Origin: Burkholderiales bacterium
Lineage (GTDB): Bacteria; Pseudomonadota; Gammaproteobacteria; Burkholderiales; SG8-39
Direction of reading: 5' to 3'
Length of the DNA: 63,156 bases
Assembly: GCA_035476235.1 (NCBI GenBank)
Contig: DATILQ010000257.1
Coordinates: 1-63,156 of the forward strand
The position numbers and the translations under genes were made by a program. The notes below the pieces were generated by a model that saw only the letters and a list, made by a program, of their open reading frames with translations, did no database searches and was not told the origin of the DNA. Below are positions 28,756 through 37,861 of this stretch, piece by piece; within the stretch, counting starts at the first letter, position 1; every line of letters starts with the position of its first letter.

Positions 28756-29981
28756 GGCGTCATTTTACGCTCCAGCGCGTCATCGAGAAGCTCGATCCAA
28801 TGACGGACCGGCGTGTCGGTGCCGGCTTGCAGGTGAGAGAGGCAGCCGACGTTGGCGGTGGCGATGGCGAGCGGCAGCCCTTCGTGGAGGGCGGCCAGCT
28901 TGCGCGCGCGCAGCTCGCCGGCCATCGCGGGCTGCAGCAACGAATAGGTCCCCGCGGAACCACAGCATAGGTGAGCGTCGCGCACCGGGGTCAGCTCGTA
29001 ACCGGCCCGCGTGAGCAGCGCCTCGACGCGGCCGTGGATCTGCTGGCCATGCTGCAGCGTGCAGGGAGACTGGAAGGCGACGCTCGTCACTGCGGTGCGT
29101 TGCGGAATCGCGTCCACGGGAATGACTTCGCAAAGATCCTTGGCGAGCGCGGAAATGCGTGCCGCCTTGTCGCGATACCGCGGGTCCTGCGCCAGCAGAT
29201 GGCCATAATCCTTGACGGTCACTGCGCAGCCGCTCGCCGCGATGACGACCGCCTCGATGCCGCCGCTTTCGACCATCGGCCACCACGCGTCGATGAGCGC
29301 GCGCATGTCATCGCGCCCGGCTGCCTGGCGATTGAGGTGGAAGCGAATGCCGCCGCAGCAGCCGGCGCCGGGCGCATCAAGGAGCGACACTCCGAGCCGG
29401 TCGAGAACCCGCGCCGCCGCGGCGTTGATGCCGGGCGCGAGCGCCGGCTGGACGCAACCCCCGAGCACCAGCATCTTTCTTCGATGGCGCGGCGTCGGCC
29501 ACGGCCCGGCAGCTCGAGTTTGGAGAGGTATTTTCGCTTTCAACGCCGGCGGTAAGAATGGCCGTAATAGACGGCCGAGCGACAGGGCGGCTGCAAACAG
29601 AGCGGTACTTGGCAGCAGGAAGGACAGCGCTGCGCGTTGCAGCCGGTCCCACGGCCCGCGCACCGTGCGCTCTTCGACCAGCGCGCGGCCGATGTCGACC
29701 AGCCTTCCATACTGCACTCCCGAAGGACAGGTGGTTTCACAGGAGCGGCACGTGAGGCAGCGGTCCAGGTGCAGCCGCGTGCGCGCCGTCACCTCGGCGC
29801 CCTCGAGGGCTCGCTTGATCAGGTAAATGCGGCCGCGCGGGCTGTCCAGATCATCGCCGAGGACCTGGTAAGTCGGACAGGTCGCGGTGCAAAAGCCGCA
29901 ATGCACGCACTTGCGCAGGATCGCGTCGGCTTCCGCGCCTTCGGGCGTGTCGCGGATGAAATCGGCGAGGCCGGTCTGCAT
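28752..29981 (-). CDS. glcF: Glycolate oxidase iron-sulfur subunit
   Basis: It has two CxxCxxCxxxCP ferredoxin motifs (CVHCGFCTATCP, CLTCRSCETTCP) followed by CCG-type Cys-rich domains. The start is at MQTGLADF (29981). Confidence 0.85.
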   Translation of the reverse strand: MQTGLADFIRDTPEGAEADAILRKCVHCGFCTATCPTYQVLGDDLDSPRGRIYLIKRALEGAEVTARTRLHLDRCLTCRSCETTCPSGVQYGRLVDIGRALVEERTVRGPWDRLQRAALSFLLPSTALFAAALSLGRLLRPFLPPALKAKIPLQTRAAGPWPTPRHRRKMLVLGGCVQPALAPGINAAAARVLDRLGVSLLDAPGAGCCGGIRFHLNRQAAGRDDMRALIDAWWPMVESGGIEAVVIAASGCAVTVKDYGHLLAQDPRYRDKAARISALAKDLCEVIPVDAIPQRTAVTSVAFQSPCTLQHGQQIHGRVEALLTRAGYELTPVRDAHLCCGSAGTYSLLQPAMAGELRARKLAALHEGLPLAIATANVGCLSHLQAGTDTPVRHWIELLDDALERKMTP

Positions 29982-31030
29982 TACATCTCGGCGTAAAGCC
30001 GGCCGGGATTGAAAATCCCCGCCGGGTCGAAAGCCGCCTTGAGCTCGCGGTGCACGCGCATCAGCACCGGGTCGAGCGGCGCAAAAGCCGCCGCCGGCTT
30101 GGCGGCGGCGCGGAACAGCGTGGCGTGGCCCTTGGCGCGCTGCACCGCCTCGCGCACGATGTGAGGGCTCGCGTCGGACCTGAGCCAGCGCAGGCCCCCA
30201 CCCCATTCGATGAGCTGGTTTCCAGCGAGGCCCAGCGGCGGCGTCGGCGGCGGCACCGCGATGCGCCACAGCGGCTCGGGGCCGCCGAAGAATGGCGCGG
30301 TCTGCTCGCGAATGCTGGTCCAGAACGCTTCCCCTTCGGTTCTTTCGCCCCCCAGCTTTTCTGCCGCGGCCCGCACTGCGGGTACCGCGCCCGAGAGGCG
30401 CAAGTGCAGCTCGCCGTCGTGCCACGCGCTGGCGGAGATCGGCAGCGGCTGGCCCGCCCATCGGTTCAGCGCCTCGTTGGCGCGCTCTTCGGGCATCTCG
30501 AAGCGCAAGCTCAGCTCGGAGGGCGGCCGCGGCAGGACCTTGAGCGAAGCTTCGGCGATCAGTCCCAGGGTGCCGAGCGAGCCGGCGAGCAGCCTCGACA
30601 CGTCATAGCCGGCCACGTTCTTCATCACCTGGCCGCCGAAGCCGAGGACTCGTCCGCGGCCGTCGATGAGCCTCGCGCCGAGCACGTAATCACGCAGCGC
30701 GCCCGCGCTCGAGCGACGCGGGCCCGATAGCCCGGCTGCGATGCACCCCCCGAAGGTCGCGCCGGCGCCGAAGTGCGGCGGCTCGAACGGGAGGAACTGG
30801 CCGCGCTCGGCGAGCGTGGCGTCCAGCTCGGACAACAGCGTGCCGCAGCGCGCGGTCACCACCAGCTCGGTCGGCTCGTAGCTCACGATGCCCGCGAAGG
30901 CGCGCGTATCGAGCACTTCGCCGCGCGGCGCGTTGCCGTAGAAGTCTTTCGTGCCGCCGCCGCGCAGCCGCAGCGCGGCGCCGCGGCCCGCGGCATCGCG
31001 GATGCGCTCCTGTAGCGTCTGCAGACTCAA
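29981..31030 (-). CDS. glcE: Glycolate oxidase FAD-binding subunit
   Basis: It has LRLRGGGTKDFYG and a FAD_binding_4-like core, and it sits between glcD and glcF. The TTG start at 31030 overlaps the glcD TGA. The longer track ORF is an artefact. Confidence 0.8.
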   Translation of the reverse strand: MSLQTLQERIRDAAGRGAALRLRGGGTKDFYGNAPRGEVLDTRAFAGIVSYEPTELVVTARCGTLLSELDATLAERGQFLPFEPPHFGAGATFGGCIAAGLSGPRRSSAGALRDYVLGARLIDGRGRVLGFGGQVMKNVAGYDVSRLLAGSLGTLGLIAEASLKVLPRPPSELSLRFEMPEERANEALNRWAGQPLPISASAWHDGELHLRLSGAVPAVRAAAEKLGGERTEGEAFWTSIREQTAPFFGGPEPLWRIAVPPPTPPLGLAGNQLIEWGGGLRWLRSDASPHIVREAVQRAKGHATLFRAAAKPAAAFAPLDPVLMRVHRELKAAFDPAGIFNPGRLYAEM

Positions 31031-32517
31031 AAGCGCGGCAGCTCGGCGTGCGGCAGCTTGCCGCCGCGCACGTGCATGCGGCCGTACTCCGCGCAACGCG
31101 CGAGCGTCGGCACCGCCTTGCCCGGGTTGAGCAGGCGCGCAGGGTCGAACGCGGCTTTCACCGCCTGGAACATCTCGAGCTCGTCGGGCTGGAACTGCAC
31201 GCACATCTGGTTGATCTTCTCGACCCCGACGCCGTGCTCGCCGGTGATGGTGCCGCCCAGCTCGATGCACTTCTCCAGCACCTCGGCGGCGAACAGCTCG
31301 GTTCGCCGCAGCTCGTCGGCGTCGTTCGCATCGAACAGGATCAGCGGATGCAGGTTGCCGTCGCCGGCATGGAACACGTTGGGGCAGCGCAGGCCGTATT
31401 TCGCCTCCATCTGCGCGATGAACTGCAGAATCTCGCCGAGGCGCTTGCGCGGAATGGTGCCGTCCATGCAGTAGTAATCGGGCGAGATGCGGCCGACCGC
31501 CGGAAACGCGGCCTTGCGGCCGGACCAGAAGCGCAGCCGCTCGGCCTCGTCGCGCGACACCGTCATGCGCGCGACGCCCGAGCGCTCGAGCACCGCCTGC
31601 ATGCGGGCGATCTCGTCTTCCACCTCTTCGGCCGTGCCGTCGGATTCGCACAGCAGGATCGCTGCCGCCTCGAGGTCATAGCCGGCCCCCACGAACTGCT
31701 CCACCGCGCGCGTCGCCGGCTGGTCCATCATTTCCAGTCCGGCCGGGATGATGCCGGCGGCAATCACGTCGGCGACCGCCTGGCCGGCTTTGCCGACGTC
31801 GTCAAACGACGCCATGATGACGCGCGCGCATTGCGGCCTGGGCAGCAGCTTGACCGCCACCTCCGTCACCACGATCAGCATTCCCTCGGAGCCGATGGCG
31901 AGCGCGAGCAGGTCATAGCCCGGCGCATCGGGCGCCTCCGAGCCGAGCTCGATCGCCTCGCCGCGCATGGTGAAGCCGCGCACGCGCACGACGTTGTGCA
32001 CCGTGAGGCCGTACTTCAGGCAATGCACGCCGCCGGAGTTCTCCGCCACGTTGCCGCCTATGGTGCAGGCGATCTGGCTCGAGGGATCCGGCGCGTAATA
32101 CAGGCCGTAGGGCGCGGCGGCTTCCGAGATCGCGGCATTGCGCACGCCGGGCTGGACCACCGCGACGCGTGCGCGCGAATCGACCCTCAAGATGCGCATG
32201 AACTTCGCCATGGAGAGAAGCACGCCGTTCCCCGGCGGCAGCGCGCCGCCCGACAGGCCGGTGCCGGCGCCGCGCGGCACCACCGGCACGCCCATTGCCG
32301 TGCAGGTCTGCAGGACGCGCTGTACCTGCTCCTCGGTTTCCGGCAGCGCCACCACCATCGGGACCTGGCGGTAAGCCGTAAGCCCGTCGCACTCGTACGG
32401 CCGTGTGTCCTCTTCTTCCCACAGCACCGCACGTTCAGGCAAGAAGGCGCGCAACGCACTGGCGACTTCGCGCTGACGCGCGATGTCAATACATTCTAGA
32501 GATAGGGCTTCGCCCAC
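31027..32517 (-). CDS. glcD: Glycolate oxidase subunit GlcD (FAD-linked oxidase)
   Basis: It has PRGAGTGLSGGALP and the GTITGEHGVG..K C-terminal motif. The size is 496 aa. Confidence 0.9.
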   Translation of the reverse strand: MGEALSLECIDIARQREVASALRAFLPERAVLWEEEDTRPYECDGLTAYRQVPMVVALPETEEQVQRVLQTCTAMGVPVVPRGAGTGLSGGALPPGNGVLLSMAKFMRILRVDSRARVAVVQPGVRNAAISEAAAPYGLYYAPDPSSQIACTIGGNVAENSGGVHCLKYGLTVHNVVRVRGFTMRGEAIELGSEAPDAPGYDLLALAIGSEGMLIVVTEVAVKLLPRPQCARVIMASFDDVGKAGQAVADVIAAGIIPAGLEMMDQPATRAVEQFVGAGYDLEAAAILLCESDGTAEEVEDEIARMQAVLERSGVARMTVSRDEAERLRFWSGRKAAFPAVGRISPDYYCMDGTIPRKRLGEILQFIAQMEAKYGLRCPNVFHAGDGNLHPLILFDANDADELRRTELFAAEVLEKCIELGGTITGEHGVGVEKINQMCVQFQPDELEMFQAVKAAFDPARLLNPGKAVPTLARCAEYGRMHVRGGKLPHAELPRF

Positions 32518-33272
32518 CTCAGGCCTTCGAGGGTGTCACCTGCAGGATTGTATTCGCAACCGATCCAGCCCGAGTAGCCGATGCGGTCGATGTGCGCGAG
32601 CAGGAACGTGAAGTTGATCTCGCCGGTGCCCGGCTCGTGGCGCCCCGGCACGTCGGCGAGCTGCAGGTGGCCGATGCGCGGCAGCAGCCGCTCGATCGTC
32701 GCGGCGAGATTTCCCTCCATGACCTGCATATGGAACAGGTCGTACTGGATAAACGCGTTGGGCGCAGCTACCTCTTCGAGCGTGCGCTCCGCCTGCGCGC
32801 TGCCGGTGAGGAAACAGCCGGCGACCGTGCGCTCGCTCAACGGCTCGATCAGCAACTGCATGCCCTCGTCCGCGAGACGCCGCGCGGCATATTTCAGGTT
32901 CGACACATACGTGGCATGCAGGCGCGCGCGATCCGCGCCCGGCGGAGCAATGCCTGCCATGCAATGCACGCGCCTGCAGCCCGCCGCGCGCGCGTAGCGC
33001 GCTGCGATTTCCAGGTCGTCGCGGAAGCGGGCTTCGCGACCCGGCAGGCAAGCGGTGCCGTGCTCGCTGCGCTGCGGATCGCCGCGCGGCATGTTGTGCA
33101 GCACGACGTCCACGCCCGCGGCGCGCGCCCGCGACGCGAGCTCCTCGGGCTTCCAGGCGTACGGGTATTGGTACTCGACGGCGCGAAAGCCGGCGCTCGC
33201 AGCGGCGGCAAAGCGGTCCAGAAAATCGATCTGCGGGAACAGCATCGATAAATTCGCGGCGAGCTTCGGCAT
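32496..33272 (-). CDS. hyi: Hydroxypyruvate isomerase
   Basis: It is collinear with E. coli Hyi as I recall it (ANLSMLF....FL.RF..AA..GF..VE..FPY...; HLQ.AD.P.R.EPGTGEIN...L...I...GY.GW.GCEY.P). Confidence 0.85.
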   Translation of the reverse strand: MPKLAANLSMLFPQIDFLDRFAAAASAGFRAVEYQYPYAWKPEELASRARAAGVDVVLHNMPRGDPQRSEHGTACLPGREARFRDDLEIAARYARAAGCRRVHCMAGIAPPGADRARLHATYVSNLKYAARRLADEGMQLLIEPLSERTVAGCFLTGSAQAERTLEEVAAPNAFIQYDLFHMQVMEGNLAATIERLLPRIGHLQLADVPGRHEPGTGEINFTFLLAHIDRIGYSGWIGCEYNPAGDTLEGLRWAKPYL

Positions 33273-33286
33273 AATGCGAGCATAGC

Positions 33287-34216
33287 TTGAAAAATCTCCG
33301 CTTGATCCACGTCGCCGCTCTGGTTCTCGCGCTCACCGCGTCGGGGCCGGCGACGGCTGCCGACGGCGCCGCGCTGCCGTGGTGGATCTGGCCGATCGCG
33401 CTGTTTGCCGTGAGCTTCATCATCGGCATCGTCGCCGTGCTGGCGGGCGTCGGCGGCGGCGTGCTGTTCGTACCGATCGTCGGCAGCTTTTTCCCTTTCC
33501 ATCTCGATTTCGTGCGCGGCGTCGGGCTGCTGTTCGCGCTTTCCGGCACGCTGGCTGCCGGCCCGATGCTGCTGCGCACGGGGATGGCGAGTCTGCGGCT
33601 GGTCATGCCGCTGGCGCTCGCGGGCTCGATCGCCTCGCTGGCGGGAGCCGTGGTCGGGCTATCGGTAGCGACCGACCTTCTGCAGATCGCGCTCGGCGCC
33701 ACCGTAATCACCATCGCCATCATGATCTGGGCCATGAAAGCCGCCGACTTCGGCGTGGTCGAGTCCGACGCGCTGGGCGACCTGCTGCGGCTGAGGGGTG
33801 AGTTCGAGGATCCAGCCGCCGGCATGCGCATCGACTGGCGTACCCGCCGCACGGCAGCCGGTCTCGCCGCGTTCGCCGGCATCGGCTTCTTCGGCGGCGT
33901 GTTCGGCCTCGGCGCTGGCTTCGCCAACGTTCCTGCGCTGAATCTGCTGATGGGGGCGCCGATGAAGGTCGCGGTCGGCAGCAGCGGACTCATCATCTCG
34001 ATCATCAACAGCTCCGCGGCATGGGTTTACATCCACCGCGGCGCATTGCTGCCGCTGCTCGCGGTGCCCTCCATCCTCGGCGTCATGCTCGGCTCGCGCA
34101 TCGGCGCACGCCTGCTGAGCCTGACGCCCGCGAACGTAGTCCGGCGGCTGGTCATCGCAGTCATGCTGCTTGCAGGAGCGCGCGCCTTGCTGAGAGGACT
34201 CGGAATATGGACGTGA
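33287..34216 (+). CDS. TauE/SafE family sulfite/anion exporter
   Basis: It is a multi-TM protein with the GVGGGVLFVP motif typical of TauE/SafE. It has a TTG start 14 nt from the divergent hyi start. Confidence 0.78.
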   Translation: MKNLRLIHVAALVLALTASGPATAADGAALPWWIWPIALFAVSFIIGIVAVLAGVGGGVLFVPIVGSFFPFHLDFVRGVGLLFALSGTLAAGPMLLRTGMASLRLVMPLALAGSIASLAGAVVGLSVATDLLQIALGATVITIAIMIWAMKAADFGVVESDALGDLLRLRGEFEDPAAGMRIDWRTRRTAAGLAAFAGIGFFGGVFGLGAGFANVPALNLLMGAPMKVAVGSSGLIISIINSSAAWVYIHRGALLPLLAVPSILGVMLGSRIGARLLSLTPANVVRRLVIAVMLLAGARALLRGLGIWT

Positions 34217-34617
34217 AACCGCACGACGGGCCCATCCAGCGTCTCTACGCGCGCTGGCTCGATGCCGCCACCAAAACCGGGTTTGCCGCCTCGCTGTGCG
34301 CTTTTCTGCTTTACGTCTCCGGCGCCCTGCCGCCCTACGTGGCGCCGGAACGCCTGCCCGAGCTGTGGAGCTTGCCGGTGGGACGCTTCCTCGAGCAGAC
34401 CGGGGCCCCGACAGGGTGGAGGTGGGTCGCGCTGATGGATCACGGCGATTACCTGAGCCTCGCCGCAGTCGCGCTCTTCGGTCTCATTACGCTACTCTGC
34501 TACCTGCGCGTCGTGGCGCCTCTTTTGCGGCACGGCGAGCGGCTGCAGGCCGCGCTTGCCATCGCGCAGATCGCCGTGCTGGCGGCCGCAGTCTCCGGGC
34601 TGTTCGCCGGCGGCTAG
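34207..34617 (+). CDS. Small membrane protein (DUF1634-like, usual partner of TauE)
   Basis: Its ATG at 34207 overlaps the tauE end. It has 3-4 TM helices. The family call rests on position and size rather than on a recognised motif. Confidence 0.45.
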   Translation: MDVKPHDGPIQRLYARWLDAATKTGFAASLCAFLLYVSGALPPYVAPERLPELWSLPVGRFLEQTGAPTGWRWVALMDHGDYLSLAAVALFGLITLLCYLRVVAPLLRHGERLQAALAIAQIAVLAAAVSGLFAGG

Positions 34618-34672
34618 CTACGCGTGCTAGACTTTTTTCGCTGCAAACCCGTCACACAAAGAGGGGAAAACA

Positions 34673-35269
34673 ATGGGTGCCATCTTTCAATCCTTGGGAC
34701 GTACCATCACCGCGGGCGTCGTTGTCCTGATCGTCCTGCTTGCCGTCGCCGCAGCCGTCACTGGTACCTGGGTTCGCCTTGCGGACCACGGCTGGTGGCA
34801 GTTCGCCTTGCGCTGGCTGCACGTGACCGCAGGCGTGATGTGGATCGGGATTCTCTGGTACTTCAACTTCGTGCAGACCCCGTCGATGCCGAAGATTCCA
34901 GACGAGCAGAAACCGGCCATCAGCAAGGTGATCGCGCCGGCCGCGCTGTTCTGGTTCCGCTGGGCGGCGATGGCGACCATCATCCTGGGCCTCATTCTGG
35001 CTTCGATGAACGGCTACCTGGGGCAGGCGCTGATGCTGCAAAAAGCCTTCCTCGCCATCGGCCTCGGCATGTGGCTCGGCATCATCATGTGGTTCAACGT
35101 GTGGTTCATCATCTGGCCCAATCAGAAGAAGGCCCTCGGCATGGTCCAGGTGACCCCGGAAGAGAAGACCAAGGCGGCGCGCGTGGCTGGCATGACTTCG
35201 CGCATCAACACCATGCTGTCGATCCCGATGCTCTATTTCATGGTGGCGCAGTCGCACGGCGGCCTGTAG
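34673..35269 (+). CDS. Membrane protein with an H-x6-MWIG...YFNFVQ motif (resembles the N-terminal membrane domain of PuuD/HemJ-like proteins)
   Basis: It has 5 predicted TM helices, a GGAAAA-type purine-rich stretch before the ATG, and good codon usage. The function is not established. Confidence 0.5.
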   Translation: MGAIFQSLGRTITAGVVVLIVLLAVAAAVTGTWVRLADHGWWQFALRWLHVTAGVMWIGILWYFNFVQTPSMPKIPDEQKPAISKVIAPAALFWFRWAAMATIILGLILASMNGYLGQALMLQKAFLAIGLGMWLGIIMWFNVWFIIWPNQKKALGMVQVTPEEKTKAARVAGMTSRINTMLSIPMLYFMVAQSHGGL

Positions 35270-35282
35270 CCAAACGGGGCAA

Positions 35283-35546
35283 ATGCCACCACGACTGTGG
35301 CAGGTGTGGTGGCTATACGGGATTCCAGTGGGCCTGGTGGCGGCTGCCATGTTTGCGATCGCGGATAACGCTCGCGAGGCCGGCCAGGCGCACTGGGGAG
35401 ACCTGCTCGATATTGCCCGCCTTGGCGTCTACTGGTTCTGGTTCCGGCTGGTCTGGAAATACTCGCGCAACGTCGGGCTGCGCGTCTGGACCCTCACGGC
35501 CCGCGCCACCGCTGTGGCCGGGCTGGTGGCAATGGCATTGTCCTAG
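35283..35546 (+). CDS. Small hypothetical membrane protein (87 aa)
   Basis: It has two or three hydrophobic helices and sits 13 nt after the previous stop. No family was recognised. Confidence 0.35.
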   Translation: MPPRLWQVWWLYGIPVGLVAAAMFAIADNAREAGQAHWGDLLDIARLGVYWFWFRLVWKYSRNVGLRVWTLTARATAVAGLVAMALS

Positions 35547-35962
35547 CGGGGCCGCTCCAGCCCCCCTAGCTGGACTCCGGGCTTGATGCCGCGCTGAGTA
35601 AACCAGCCGCGGTTCATCTCCAGCGCGTAACGCGCCGGCTGCGCCGCGCAGTGAGACTGCTCGCTGTGCGGCCGCATGTCGGCAATGTTGATGATCGCGC
35701 CCCGCTCGTCCAGAAACGCCACCGAGAGCGGAATCAGCGTGTTCTTCATCCACATGCACTGGATTGCCGCCTCGTCGAACACGAACAGCATGCCGTCGTT
35801 CTGCCCGAGGGTTTTGCGGTGCATCAACCCTTGGGCGCGGGAGGAGAAGTCCGCCGCCACTTCGGCGCGAATGATGTGCATGCCGGCCTTCAGCTGAACC
35901 GTGGGCAGCGGTTGCGCCCACGCCGGAACTGCGATCAGCATCAGGGCAAGAAGGCGGCGCAT
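35543..35962 (-). CDS. DUF192 domain-containing periplasmic protein
   Basis: A signal peptide is followed by A.GLM.R..L....GMLF.F........MWMKNT.IPL..AF (the DUF192 core). Confidence 0.75.
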   Translation of the reverse strand: MRRLLALMLIAVPAWAQPLPTVQLKAGMHIIRAEVAADFSSRAQGLMHRKTLGQNDGMLFVFDEAAIQCMWMKNTLIPLSVAFLDERGAIINIADMRPHSEQSHCAAQPARYALEMNRGWFTQRGIKPGVQLGGLERPR

Positions 35963-35967
35963 GGGAA

Positions 35968-35996
35968 TAAAAAAGGCAGGGTCGCGCCCTGCCTTT
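35968..35996 (-). terminator. Rho-independent terminator downstream of the Lys-rich peptide gene
   Basis: On the minus strand the stem GGCAGGG / CCCTGCC has a 5-nt loop and is followed by TTTTTTATT. Confidence 0.65.
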
Positions 35997-36012
35997 CGGT
36001 AATCGAAGCGGG

Positions 36013-36222
36013 TTACTTCTTCTTGTCGGACTTGTCCATCTTGTCGGACTTCTTCGCGCCCTTCTTCTTCTCCATCTTTTTCTTGTCGCCTTTCTTCTTG
36101 TCCATCTTCTTCTCCATCTTGTCCATCTTCTTGTCCTGCGCGACGGCACTCGGCGCGGCGAAGGCGGACGCGGTCACGGCCGTAAACATCGCGGCGACGA
36201 TCACGGACAGCAGCTTGCTCAT
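36013..36222 (-). CDS. Small secreted Lys-rich repeat protein (MXKDX-pentapeptide-repeat-like)
   Basis: A GGAG lies 6 nt upstream of the ATG. A Sec signal (..TASAFA/AP) is followed by DKKMDKMEKKMDKKKGDKKKMEKKKGAKKSDKMDKSDKKK. The gene has its own terminator. Confidence 0.6.
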   Translation of the reverse strand: MSKLLSVIVAAMFTAVTASAFAAPSAVAQDKKMDKMEKKMDKKKGDKKKMEKKKGAKKSDKMDKSDKKK

Positions 36223-36395
36223 TTCGTTCTCCTGGTTAGTGTTCGAAAACGGGTGGACGCGACGAGTCGAGCGCTACCCGGAGCCAGTAACGCGCCACCG
36301 GAAGCGCGCGTTGACCGCCGTACCGCATTCCTTTGCAGAAATGCGCTAAATCATTGTTTCTTAAAGACTGTGGCCGCAGTATAATGGCGCCCCTT

Positions 36396-37652
36396 ATGGC
36401 CTACCAACACATCAAGATGCCCCCAGGCGGCGAAAAGATCCGGGTGAACAAGGATTTCTCGCTCTCGGTACCTGACCAGCCGATCATTCCCTACATCGAG
36501 GGCGACGGCACCGGCGTCGACATCACTCCGGTGATGCTGAAAGTCGTCGACGCCGCGGTGAAGAAGGCCTACGGCGGCAAGCGCAGGATCGTCTGGATGG
36601 AGATGTTCGCCGGCGAGAAATCGTGCAGGGTGTACGGCGAGAACGTCTGGCTGCCGGAGGAAACCCTGCAGGCGGCGAAAGAGTTCGTGGTATCGATCAA
36701 GGGGCCGCTCACCACGCCGGTCGGCGGCGGCATCCGCTCGATCAACGTCGCGCTGCGCCAGGAGCTGGACCTCTACGTCTGCCTGCGGCCGGTGCGCTGG
36801 TTCAAGGGCGTGCCTTCGCCCGTGAAGGAACCGGACAAGGTCAACATGGTGATCTTCCGCGAGAACGCCGAGGACATCTATGCCGGCATCGAATGGCCGG
36901 CGAAGTCGCCCGAAGCGAGGAAGGTGATTGATTTCCTCGTCCGCGAGATGAAGGTGAAGAAGATCCGCTTCCCCGAGTCGTCGGCGATCGGCATCAAGCC
37001 GGTCTCCATCGAGGGCTCGGAGCGCCTCATCCGCAAGGCGTACCAGTACGCCATCGACAACCGGCGCAAGTCGGTGACGCTGGTCCACAAGGGCAATATC
37101 CAGAAGTTCACCGAGGGCGGGTTCCGCGACTGGGGATATCAGCTCGCGCAGCGCGAGTTCGCGGCTCAGCCGCTCGACGGCGGTCCTTGGCACAGCTTCA
37201 AGAATCCCAAAACCGGGCAGGACATCGTGATCAAGGACGTGATCACCGACGCGTTCCTGCAGCAGATCCTGCTGCGGCCGGCGGAATACGACGTGATCGC
37301 AACGCTGAACCTCAACGGCGACTACATCTCGGACGCCCTGGCGGCTGAGGTCGGCGGCATCGGCATCGCCCCCGGGGCCAACTTGAGCGACACGGTTGCC
37401 ATGTTCGAGGCCACCCACGGCACCGCGCCGAAATACGCCGGCAAGGACTACGTCAACCCGGGCTCCGAGATCCTTTCGGCGGAAATGATGCTGCGCCACA
37501 TGGGCTGGGCCGAGGCGGCCGACGCCATCCTCCGGTCAATCGAGAAGACCATCTCGGAGAAGATCGTCACCTATGACTTTGCCCGCCTGATGCAAGGCGC
37601 GAAACAGGTGTCTTGCTCTGGCTTCGGCCAGGCAATGATAGAAAGGATGTAG
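36396..37652 (+). CDS. icd: NADP-dependent isocitrate dehydrogenase (homodimeric)
   Basis: It has [34 protein letters not shown] and [10 protein letters not shown]. The start is ATG 36396 (MAYQHIKMP) or ATG 36384. Confidence 0.92.
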   Translation: MAYQHIKMPPGGEKIRVNKDFSLSVPDQPIIPYIEGDGTGVDITPVMLKVVDAAVKKAYGGKRRIVWMEMFAGEKSCRVYGENVWLPEETLQAAKEFVVSIKGPLTTPVGGGIRSINVALRQELDLYVCLRPVRWFKGVPSPVKEPDKVNMVIFRENAEDIYAGIEWPAKSPEARKVIDFLVREMKVKKIRFPESSAIGIKPVSIEGSERLIRKAYQYAIDNRRKSVTLVHKGNIQKFTEGGFRDWGYQLAQREFAAQPLDGGPWHSFKNPKTGQDIVIKDVITDAFLQQILLRPAEYDVIATLNLNGDYISDALAAEVGGIGIAPGANLSDTVAMFEATHGTAPKYAGKDYVNPGSEILSAEMMLRHMGWAEAADAILRSIEKTISEKIVTYDFARLMQGAKQVSCSGFGQAMIERM

Positions 37653-37657
37653 AAGCC

Positions 37658-37861
37658 TTAGACCTTCTGGATGTTGGAGGCCTGTTTCCCCTTGGGCCCC
37701 TGCACCACGTCGAAGCTGACTTTCTGGCCTTCCTTGAGCGTCTTGAAACCCGCCATGTTGATGGCGGAGAAATGCGCGAACAAGTCCTCGCTGCCGTCAT
37801 CCGGCGTGATGAAGCCGTAGCCTTTCGCGTCGTTGAACCACTTCACGGTGCCTGTTGCCAT
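37658..37861 (-). CDS. Cold-shock domain protein (CspA/CspD family)
   Basis: It begins [20 protein letters not shown]...DLFAHFS, which carries the RNP1 and RNP2 motifs. The size is 67 aa. Confidence 0.92.
   Translation of the reverse strand: MATGTVKWFNDAKGYGFITPDDGSEDLFAHFSAINMAGFKTLKEGQKVSFDVVQGPKGKQASNIQKV

Noticed and set aside
36283-36306. A hairpin or palindrome, AACGCGC-N10-GCGCGTT, in the region between icd and the Lys-rich peptide gene.
   Set aside because: The stem is short and G+C-rich in a G+C-rich genome. Chance occurrence is likely, and no T-tract is present.
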